From assembly GCA_963768425.1 (NCBI GenBank), contig CAVYHV010000028.1:1-64000 (forward strand): 64,000 bases of DNA, written 5' to 3'. The notes beneath the pieces were generated by a model. That model saw only the letters and a program-made list of their open reading frames with translations, searched no databases and was not told the origin of the DNA. Made by a program: the position numbers and the translations under genes. This DNA is from Candidatus Bathyarchaeota archaeon (GTDB taxonomy: Archaea > Thermoproteota > Bathyarchaeia > Bathyarchaeales > Bathycorpusculaceae). This document shows, piece by piece, positions 55,651 through 64,000 of this stretch; positions within the stretch are counted from its first letter, which is position 1, and each line of letters begins with the position of its first letter.

Positions 55651-55761
55651 TTATTTTTTCCTTAAAATTCTTTTTCGAAAGATGCTGTGCGGTTGTCCTC
55701 GAGAGTCCAGAATAACTTGTTCTTCAACATCTCGTTTTGTCTCTTTGGTAACTTTCTTCAA
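55651..55761 (-). CDS. putative 36-aa basic microprotein
   Basis: GGTG SD, TTG start, TATA and regulon motif upstream. Confidence 0.45.
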   Translation of the reverse strand: MKKVTKETKRDVEEQVILDSRGQPHSIFRKRILRKK

Positions 55762-55816
55762 TTGTAACACCAATTCAAGTTTAGCAATCAAGACGTTAAA
55801 ACAAATATAAACATAG

Positions 55817-55832
55817 TTAATATTTGTTCATA
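55817..55832 (-). promoter_or_regulatory. regulon motif (TATGAACAAATATTAA)
   Basis: Same spacing to the TATA box at 55806-55811. Confidence 0.7.
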
Positions 55833-55919
55833 ACTTTTAAGAGAAATAAAAATTATTTTCAATAAAAACACTAAACTCTAAACATATCATAATATTTTTC
55901 GAAAACTCAAATCCAAAGG

Positions 55920-56843
55920 CTAAAAGCGACCGAGCAACAACCCGATCGAAAAGCTCAACAGCGGAGCCAGCACCCAGCTTAACACAATAATAAGAAACGG
56001 CTTAGCAGAAACGAGCTTGGACTTGTAAGATATCCCTGCACCGAAAACCGACGCAGAAAGCGCCTGTGTGTTAGACAGAGGAATCTTCAGCAGGGTAGCC
56101 GCCTCTACAAGAACCGTGGAAGTCAAAAGAGACACCGTCGCATTCGGGTACCTCATTAGAAAAAGCTCCTCTGAAACCCTACGAATCTCACCGGCACTCA
56201 AAAAGAAAGCACCGATGAAAATTGCAATCACAGCTACTAAAACTAAAGGTAATGAAAACCCGCCTGTGGCGACTATTAAGCCAAGGGTGTTTGCCCCCAA
56301 CACATACGAAGTAGAAAGCGCCAGAGCTATAAGGATAATCTTGTAGATCTGCAGTCTCCGCCAAAAATTCTTCGGTTTACTTCTATTGATGATTCGCAGC
56401 AGGTAAAACGAGAAGGCAATGGCAATCAGAGGAGCAGCAACCCACATAAACGCAACTTCAGCCACATACATGCCGCTACTAAAAGCGCCCTGTGCAACAG
56501 ACAAGCCTGCAAGCATCCCGACGAGCGACATGCTAACAGACATTGGCGCCCTAATCAAGTCGGCGATAATAAAAATCAATGTGGCGACAAGCAAAGCTTC
56601 AGCTCGAAACTGAACAGCGCCGCTTGGCAACAGCAGATTGACTGTTTTTGTCATTCCTGCTCCTTGGGCAATAAGTCCTAGGGAAAAACCAGCGGCGCCA
56701 AGCAACATCCCGAACCGTTTACTTATTATTCTAGAGCCCACAGCGGGACCGACGCATGCAGACAGGTTGTTGCCTGCAACTAGCATAACTGCAACAAAAG
56801 TTAAGAGGACAACTGCCGTGGAGAGCCAAATCATCAGGGTCAC
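55920..56843 (-). CDS. PiT-family inorganic phosphate transporter
   Basis: AGNN, GANT, IPLSNTQ motifs. Confidence 0.9.
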   Translation of the reverse strand: MTLMIWLSTAVVLLTFVAVMLVAGNNLSACVGPAVGSRIISKRFGMLLGAAGFSLGLIAQGAGMTKTVNLLLPSGAVQFRAEALLVATLIFIIADLIRAPMSVSMSLVGMLAGLSVAQGAFSSGMYVAEVAFMWVAAPLIAIAFSFYLLRIINRSKPKNFWRRLQIYKIILIALALSTSYVLGANTLGLIVATGGFSLPLVLVAVIAIFIGAFFLSAGEIRRVSEELFLMRYPNATVSLLTSTVLVEAATLLKIPLSNTQALSASVFGAGISYKSKLVSAKPFLIIVLSWVLAPLLSFSIGLLLGRF

Positions 56844-57522
56844 TTAAGGATTGACGTAACCACAGACACAATCAGAGAGGAAAAGTCTGAGCAGTCGTTT
56901 AAGATGTCTTCGCAATTGTGTAGCATTTTTTCGTAGTGGTAAAATTCCAGGTAATTCAGCTGCGGTGTTATGGCATACAGCCTGTCGAACCCTTGGTCCT
57001 TGATGTCGTCTCCCTGCTCCTCTAAGGTTTGTATATCCTTATGTAGCGTGGAAATCTCTGCCATATCCGAAGAGAGGAGCGCCAGCTTGAGCTTTGCAAG
57101 CGATTTTTCTACAAGTCCAAGCATGATATCATAAACAGAATTCCAGTCGGCATGGTGCATTTCAAGCCCAGCGGAATATGCTACTGCCATTCTATCAGCT
57201 CACGGCTAATGTGAAGACATGTGTGAACAACATCGCCGATTAACGCGGCGCATTTAAGCAGGCTGTCGATGACGTTGGGGCTGACTGCGCCTCCTGTGAT
57301 GTCTTCGCTGACTTTGAAGCCAACTTCACTGGCTTTCTTCTGCAGCGTCTGGACTGCGCGCATGGATTCAGTCAGCTGGCTATTCGTAGGATCCATTTTG
57401 AACATTCTTCCCAGAAGCGCGTTAGCCTCAGTCGCTATGTCAACTATCTGAGATAGCTCGCCAAAAATATTTTTTTCGCCAACAACCAAGATACCCTTGA
57501 GACTCTTCAACCGAAACGCCAC
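56840..57522 (-). CDS. DUF47/PhoU-like regulator, frameshifted
   Basis: LEEQGDDIK; upstream of PiT. Confidence 0.85.
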
Positions 57523-57634
57523 TCCCTTAAAACAATGAAAGCTTAAGCAATATTAAACTTTACAAATTTCGACAATCCCCAAAAACGCGACCTAAGGTAA
57601 AGGCAATAGGAGACGAGTAAAATCAGATTTAACG

Positions 57635-58076
57635 CTATATCACTTTACTATATTCCTTCACGGCGTTGAGTGCCACCAGCGTGGTGGTTCTCTTGATGAA
57701 TTTTTCAGTTAAGAGTTTCTTTAAGAAGGCGTTTAGGGTGGGGTTGTCTTGGAACTTCGCGAAGACGACCGCGTCGTATTCCCCAGTTATGTCGTAAACG
57801 GAGAGTACGTTGCCTTCTTTGGCTATTTGGTCTTCAACTTCTCGAATATGTCCGCCTTCGATTTGGATCATGATTATGGCAGTTAGAGCGTACCCCATTT
57901 TTGCAGAGTCAACGATGGGAATGTACCCAAGTATCACTCCTTTCTGCTCAAGGGCTTGCAGGTGATTATGGAGAATGTTTGGGGTTACACCTACTTTTTG
58001 AGCTAACTTGCGTAGGCTTAGACGTGAATCGTCTTCCAATGTGCGTATTATTTGCATATCGAGAGTGTCTGACATG
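57635..58076 (-). CDS. Lrp/AsnC-family transcriptional regulator (full length)
   Basis: LDMQIIRTLEDDSRLSLRKLAQ HTH plus YDITGEYD. Confidence 0.92.
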
Positions 58077-58659
58077 TTTGTTGGGCTTTTTTTGGGTTTT
58101 AAGCCCAAATTTCTCACGCCCCGTTGGTTTGCTTGACGTTTGTTTAGTAAATCAAGGAATATATAAACATCACCGCACGGAAATTGAAACAATGTAAACA
58201 TTGTTGGAGTTTCAAGAGTGTCAAGTAGACAATCGATGTATGGACGTTTAACGAATGTACAATACTCAGTATAAACCTCTGTGCCGGTTAGACGAAGAGG
58301 TAACTCATGATGGCCCACAGAGGAGGGGCTGAACAGCAGCGTACTGTTAGGTTATTTGTCATAAGCGCCCAAATCTTGAAATAAGCATAAAGCTTCAGGC
58401 GAAAACGAAGGGGGATTAAATTTTGGGCAACGCTCTTCACGAGTGTATCAACAAAGTGTATTGACAAAGTGTATATACATTTGACCGACCGGTCGGCTTG
58501 TACACACAAGAAGGAGGAGGCTTCCTTGTTGACAAATAACTTAAAATTACGGAACAGCTGCAAAGTTTATTTCCTTGCACAGTATAACTTAATAAATCCT
58601 GTCGTAAGTGGGATAATCTATTCAATCCCCAAAAACGGTTTAATCTGATGAATCGCATG

Positions 58660-60150
58660 GCAAACAACAGCGTAGATATAATCTTAACCGCTGACAGAAC
58701 CCTAATGAGCAATTATCACGGCAACCAGTTCTTGGGGTTTGGCACATGTGCGCCATCTAACTTCATCCCAGACGTGCTCTATAGCTACCTGTTTTTTCCG
58801 CCGGTAAAAACAAACAAAGGGCTGCCGACTTCTGCGCCATACGGATTAAGAAAAATTGAAGCTCAACTGCTTAAAGAAGGCTTCAATGTTCTAACAGTCA
58901 GCCCGCAGCATCTTCGAAAATACCTGAACGGGACGCAAAGTCATCGGTATCCACACTATGGACCCATTCGGGTTCGGTCCTGCTTCAACCACTCTCGCGT
59001 CACTTTTCCAAAAAGAACCCTTCCTATCAAGGCACTTCCACAGTTTAGTCACCAGTCCCATCATTAGAGAAGCAAAACAAAATGGAACAAAAGTAGTAGT
59101 AGGCGGTCCCGGCGCATGGCAATTCCGCTACAGACCTCAACTTGTAGAGAAGAAAATCGTCGACTGTGTCATGGAAGGGGAAGCTGAAAACGTAATCGGG
59201 AAACTCTTCAAATCTGCTCTGAACGGCGAGAGCCTTCCGAGCCACTTTGAAGTCCCTGCTAAAGACGTACCCAACATTGGAGGAAATCCCAGATATCGTG
59301 AATCCGTCTGTTAACGGCTTGGTTGAGCTTGGACGGGGATGCTGCAGAGGATGCGAATTCTGCAACGTCACGCTTAAGACCTCTGCGTTGGTACCCGCTT
59401 GAAAAGATCATTCGGGAAATCGCGGTCAACGTGGAAGTGGGCAAACAGAGAGTTATATGCCTGCATTCCGAAGACGTCATGCTGTATGGTTCAAAAAACG
59501 CTGTGCCGGACGATGAAAAACTGCTTAAACTCCACGAAACCGTAATGAGCAAAGTAAAGACGATAAGTTGGAGCCACTGTTCGCTTGCCGCCGTAGCTTC
59601 AAAACCCCAACTTGTAGCTAAACTCTCGGAAATCATTCTTCAAAAGCAGGCGTGGTGGGGAGCCGAAATCGGGCTTGAAACAGGTTCAGCCCAGCTCGCT
59701 AAAAAAATTATGCCTGCCAAAGCTTTCCCTTTCAAAGTTGAAGAGTGGCCTCAGGTTGCGCGCCAAGGTTTCGGGATAATGCATGACCACAAGCTGATTC
59801 CCGCAGCAACACTTATCGTTGGTCTCCCTGAAGAGACAGAGGACGACATCATAAAAACGATGGAATTTTGGACGATGTTAAAGACTGTAGAAGCCTAATC
59901 GTGCCCCTGTACTTTGTTCCGTTGGGCAGATTGAAAAACAAGGAATGGTTCAGGGAAACACAAGTCAACAAGCTTCATGAGGAACTAATGTTTAAATGCG
60001 CAGAGCATTGCCTTCGCTGGGTAGACAACATTCTAGACTATGTCCTTTATGGATAAGGGATATAGGGTTCCGCTCAAGCAAGCTTACAAGGTTTTCGCCG
60101 GATTAATAAAACGGCAAATAAGGCAAGTTGAAGTCACGGAACTCCCCTAA
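58660..60150 (+). CDS. B12-binding-type radical SAM protein, frameshifted
   Basis: SAPYGLRK, VGGPGAWQ, RGCCRGCEFC across a frameshift, GLETGS. Confidence 0.88.
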
Positions 60151-60238
60151 AAATAAATGTCTTCTCAAAATCTATTCTATTCCTTTTTCAAAACTTTAAT
60201 ACTTCATTCCAATTCAGTTTAGGCTGAGGCGCAATATT

Positions 60239-60950
60239 TTGCAAAGCAATTCTGGCGAAAAAGTTGAAGACAAACGCAGCGTTAAAGTAATAAAAAATGG
60301 ATCATACCTAATTGTAGGACCCATACCCCTATTCCCCATGACAATAGCGTGCGACGGAAAAGGAACCCCGATTAAAGTGGGCTATAGGGGACAAGTTCAC
60401 CACGACCCAAAGCTACCTCTTGTGTCGATGCGGACAATCAAACAAAAAACCGTTCTGCGATAGCAGCCACGTAAAAGTCAAATTTGACGGAACGGAAACC
60501 AGCCAAAATGAGCCCTTCGAAAAAATGGCACAGGAAATCGACGGCCCCGAAATGAAGCTTTATGATGCCGTGCCGCTTTGTGCTTCAGCCCGTTTTTGCC
60601 ACAGGGGAGGAGACATCTGGGATGTGATTCATCGCACAGACATGCCTGAGGCAAAGAAAAACGTTGTTGAAAACAGTTCCGACTGCCCTTCTGGCAGACT
60701 TGTGGCTTACGACAAGAAAACCGGAGTGAGGATTGAGCCTGTGTTGGACAAATCGATCGGCGCCATCGAAGACCCGGCCATCGGAACAAGCGGACCGCTT
60801 TGGGTTCGGGGCGGAATTCCAGTTTACTCTGCTGATGGGAAACTCTATGAGATGCGAAACCGCGTGACTCTTTGCCGCTGTGGAAAATCGCAGAATAAAC
60901 CGTTTTGTGACAGCAGCCATTATCCAGAAGAGGATAGAGAGGTGAAATGA
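60239..60950 (+). CDS. CDGSH iron-sulfur domain protein, frameshifted
   Basis: Two LCRCG.S.NKPFCDSSH-type motifs around a central CASARFC..CPSG domain. Confidence 0.92.
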
Positions 60951-61256
60951 ATGGCAGATGACAGTTTTGAGCGAAGTGTGAAGTCTAAGGAGAAGGCGTA
61001 TGTGCTTTTTTATGCTTCATGGTGCCATTTTTCACAAGCGTTCTTGCCGATTTTCAAAGAGTATGCTAAACAACACCCGGATGAATGCATAAGCGTTTTA
61101 ATTGATGATAAGCCAGACGTATGCGACAAATACCAAATTGACTATTACCCGACGGTGCTGCTTTTCAAAAAAGGCAAAGTAGACAAGCGTCTTGACGCTG
61201 AGCCAGGGGAAGGGTTAACAAAGAAGCAGCTAATGCAGCTCACGCAAAGCAAATAA
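60951..61256 (+). CDS. thioredoxin-fold protein (WCHFS)
   Basis: FYASWCHFS and YPTV motifs. Confidence 0.88.
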   Translation: MADDSFERSVKSKEKAYVLFYASWCHFSQAFLPIFKEYAKQHPDECISVLIDDKPDVCDKYQIDYYPTVLLFKKGKVDKRLDAEPGEGLTKKQLMQLTQSK

Positions 61257-61362
61257 GCCGCCTCTTAGGCTGAAACACATCTCAAATATTTTTTCGCTCT
61301 TTTTGAAGGTCAATGGAAAAAACCATATATCCCATGGCAATCCATCAGAAGCAAGTGACTTG

Positions 61363-62496
61363 ATGTATAGGACTGGCGTTGCGAATCTGCCGCTTCACGG
61401 CGGAAAAGCTCCTTCTTGGCTTACAGTGCGAATGCGAAAATTGGCCAAGGAAATTGCTAACATTATGATTGAAGAATATGGCACGGCAACTTTTATTGAA
61501 CGCTTGTCTGACCCTTACTGGTTTCAAGCGTTCGGCTGCGTCTTAGCCTACGACTGGCATAGCAGTGGAGTAACCACAGTCGTCACAGGCATCCTAAAAA
61601 CGGCACTTACGCCTGAAGAGCACGGAATCGCGGTTTGCGGCGGCAAGGGCAAAACATCCAGGAAAACGCCGGGCGACATCGCTTCAGCAGGGGCAAAGTT
61701 CGGTTTTTCTGAAGAAACCGTCGAAACCTTGACTTATAGTAGCAAAATGGCTGCGAAAATTGACAACACTGCCATCCAAGCAGGTTACCAGCTGTATCAT
61801 CATGCTTTTCTTGTCACTCGGGATGAGAAGTGGGCGGTAATCCAGCAGGGCATGAGCGAGAAAGACCGTTCGGCAAGGCGTTTTCATTGGCTGTCCGACA
61901 AAGTAACCGATTTTGTTGTTGAACCTGAAAACGCTATAGTTGGCGATATAAAACGGGAAAGGGCGCTGAATATGGTGGCGAAAGAAAGTGAAGGTTCTCG
62001 CAAAGCATCCGTCGATTTGGCCAAGGAGCCTACACGTAAACTTATGAATCTCATTCAATGCGCGGCAAAACCATTGAACCAATCGTCCCTGCAAAAGTGG
62101 ATGCCACAGACCGACGACCCATGGCTTCAAACCCTAAGTAGCCTCAGCATGCCTCGAAACATAAACTGGGACACACTGAACCGCGTCTACGAGTTCCAAC
62201 CCAAAAACTACGAGGAACTTTTAAGCTTGAAAGGGGTTGGACCAGCCACCGTTCGAGGCTTAGCCCTTGTATCCGAGCTGGTTTACGGCGAAAAGCCAAG
62301 TTGGGAAGACCCAGTCAAATTCAGCTTCGCTTACGGAGGCAAAGACGGCGTCCCCTTCCCAGTAGACCGCAAGGCAATGGACGAATCGATTCAAATCCTT
62401 AGGCAATCCGTGCAGGAAGCAAAAATAGGCGAGAAGGAAAAACTGCAGTCACTTCAAAGGCTAAGACGGTTTGTTCCCGAAAACGCAAATTCATAA
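61363..62496 (+). CDS. DUF763 protein
   Basis: LPLHGGKAP, DWHSSG, FAYGGKDG motifs. Confidence 0.92.
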   Translation: MYRTGVANLPLHGGKAPSWLTVRMRKLAKEIANIMIEEYGTATFIERLSDPYWFQAFGCVLAYDWHSSGVTTVVTGILKTALTPEEHGIAVCGGKGKTSRKTPGDIASAGAKFGFSEETVETLTYSSKMAAKIDNTAIQAGYQLYHHAFLVTRDEKWAVIQQGMSEKDRSARRFHWLSDKVTDFVVEPENAIVGDIKRERALNMVAKESEGSRKASVDLAKEPTRKLMNLIQCAAKPLNQSSLQKWMPQTDDPWLQTLSSLSMPRNINWDTLNRVYEFQPKNYEELLSLKGVGPATVRGLALVSELVYGEKPSWEDPVKFSFAYGGKDGVPFPVDRKAMDESIQILRQSVQEAKIGEKEKLQSLQRLRRFVPENANS

Positions 62497-62570
62497 GCTT
62501 GAACCTTTCTGCAAAAACGAATAACTTTTATTGTTGCGGGTTCACTTATTTGCTTCGACTAGACCACGGT

Positions 62571-62739
62571 GGGGTCGTAGTCCAGCCAGGCTAAGACGGC
62601 GGGCTCCAGAAAGCAAGCAAAGGGTTTGCTGACCGAAAGGGATGACGAATCTCTGGAGCGGTCTTAGAGAAACCCGCAAAGATGAACATAGCGTCGTCTT
62701 GGGTAAAGGTCGTCGGTTCAAATCCGGCCGGCCCCACCA
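62571..62739 (+). tRNA. tRNA-Trp(CCA) with introns at 37/38 (62610-62671) and 43/44 (62678-62706); encoded CCA
   Basis: Acceptor GGGGTCG/CGGCCCC; anticodon CCA at 62606-62608; GGTTCAAATCC T-arm; BHB motifs. Confidence 0.93.
62610..62671 (+). ncRNA. intron-encoded box C/D-type guide RNA
   Basis: D' CTGA and C'-like GATGA; guides GGGTTT and TCTGGAGC complementary to the host pre-tRNA. Confidence 0.7.
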
Positions 62740-63167
62740 AATTATCATAAAACAGTCTAACTCAGAGCATGTCTGATCGGTATCACAGACAGAGACAGAC
62801 GGAGGGGGGTCCCATAATACCCATTTTTCCTAAACAGCGTAGCTTTGCTTGAAAGATTGGCAGCATTTGGAATGTATGTTAAGATTCAAAACGAAATTAC
62901 GGCGACTTTGCAACGTTTGATAAGGACATACCAAAAGAAGGCGACCCAACTGACTTTGCAGGTTATGCACATGTGCTGGCGTTTGTCCAGGTACTTGAAA
63001 AACCCACAACACAGACAAGCCTACAAGAAATGAAACAGATGCTTGCAGAATTCAGCGAAAAATAGTCCTCAAACGGGCATGATAAGATTTGATAAAATTC
63101 TTAGTCAAGTATTCTTAAATTACCCAACTTATCAATATCAACATAGTGTCAAAATGGATGTGATCCT

Positions 63168-64000
63168 GTGAAGTCACTACTAAACACATTCTTAGTAGTG
63201 TCAATAATTATCAGTTTAATGTTAACGGGTAGTTGGAGTTTTGTGGCGGCGCAAAATTCTGCAATTGCTACTCCAACTCCAACGCTGACACCCGTATCTC
63301 AATCTTCATCAACCCCCTTTCAAGATTCCACTCCCATACCTACACCAACTCCTGAATTTCCCATTCGAACCAACGTTAATGGAACAATTAATGCAGACAC
63401 TACATGGACCAAAGCAAATAGTCCTTACAACTTAACTGGACCAGTCACAGTTGATCCTGGGGTAACACTATCAATAGAACCTGGAACCATTGTTGACACT
63501 AGTTATCTGAACTATCTTCTGATAAATGGCACAATAAACGCTCGCGGTACAATCAACGAGCCGATAAACTTCAACGACGGCGCGCCCGTAGGTGTACCAA
63601 ACGGACTCGACCTCCTATTTGGAGATTTTAGTGGCGGGGACGTTATTTTCTCGCCATCAAGTAGTAGGTGGAACCAACAGACGCAGTCGGGCAGCATCAT
63701 TGAAAATGCCGTAATAGAAGACTTGGTAATTAGCGGAGGCGCACCAAAAATAAGCAATGATGCTTTTTTGAACATCGACATTTATGGAGGATCACCCGAA
63801 ATCTCTAACAATAACATTAAGGGTGGAATCGGCGTCTATGCGGGTTCAGCAGCGATTTCTAACAACATGATTTCCCAACAAGCCCATTATCTATGGGGTG
63901 TCTATGCTCAACGTTATGACAGAAATAACGCAGCGATCTTCGTCGGCAACAATGCTTCCGTTATCATATCAAACAACCTATTCAATGGATATGTAAGTCA
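63168..64000 (+). CDS. secreted beta-helix protein, frameshifted and truncated by the window end
   Basis: Signal peptide, PT linker, DTTWTKANSPY..VTLSIEPGT motif. Confidence 0.8.
   Translation, partial: MKSLLNTFLVVSIIISLMLTGSWSFVAAQNSAIATPTPTLTPVSQSSSTPFQDSTPIPTPTPEFPIRTNVNGTINADTTWTKANSPYNLTGPVTVDPGVTLSIEPGTIVDTSYLNYLLINGTINARGTINEPINFNDGAPVGVPNGLDLLFGDFSGGDVIFSPSSSRWNQQTQSGSIIENAVIEDLVISGGAPKISNDAFLNIDIYGGSPEISNNNIKGGIGVYAGSAAISNNMISQQAHYLWGVYAQRYDRNNAAIFVGNNASVIISNNLFNGYVS

Noticed and set aside
62620-62632. AAGGGTTTGCTGA shared by the tRNA-Trp intron and the left end of the 120-bp repeat
   Set aside because: A single 13-nt match between a 120-bp query and 64 kb is plausible by chance, and there is no extended alignment.
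62542-62748. 68-aa minus-strand ORF
   Set aside because: It is the antisense shadow of the tRNA gene.

Overview
Archaeal chromosomal segment, most likely Bathyarchaeia. That assignment is inferred from archaeal TATA/SD signals, EndA, aRF1, an intron-containing tRNA, expanded PQQ-type beta-propeller surface proteins and PEF-CTERM beta-helix proteins. Many ORFs are broken by 1-bp indels at homopolymers, which looks like long-read error rather than mass pseudogenisation. About 1-25 kb is accessory. It holds small orphan and zinc-ribbon genes, then three tandem modules of [~120-bp palindromic repeat | beta-propeller surface protein | divergent TrmB or Lrp regulator]. A tyrosine recombinase follows, and divergent from it a co-oriented array of secreted/membrane genes separated by degenerate 8-6-8 palindromes. 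About 25-46 kb is mostly housekeeping: SPase I, Tam-like methyltransferase, EndA subunit, aRF1-like protein, mtnA, glmM, glmU, YHS-glucan phosphorylase, bcp, ABC transporter, tatC. About 46.5-58 kb is a kdpABC/APC permease/PiT region with no KdpDE. It carries Lrp-family proteins, five copies of a promoter-proximal motif and unannotated microproteins. The window ends with radical SAM, CDGSH, thioredoxin and DUF763 genes, a two-intron tRNA-Trp and a truncated secreted protein. The best candidates for novelty are the repeat-delimited surface-protein modules, the recombinase-associated array and the kdp microprotein regulon.
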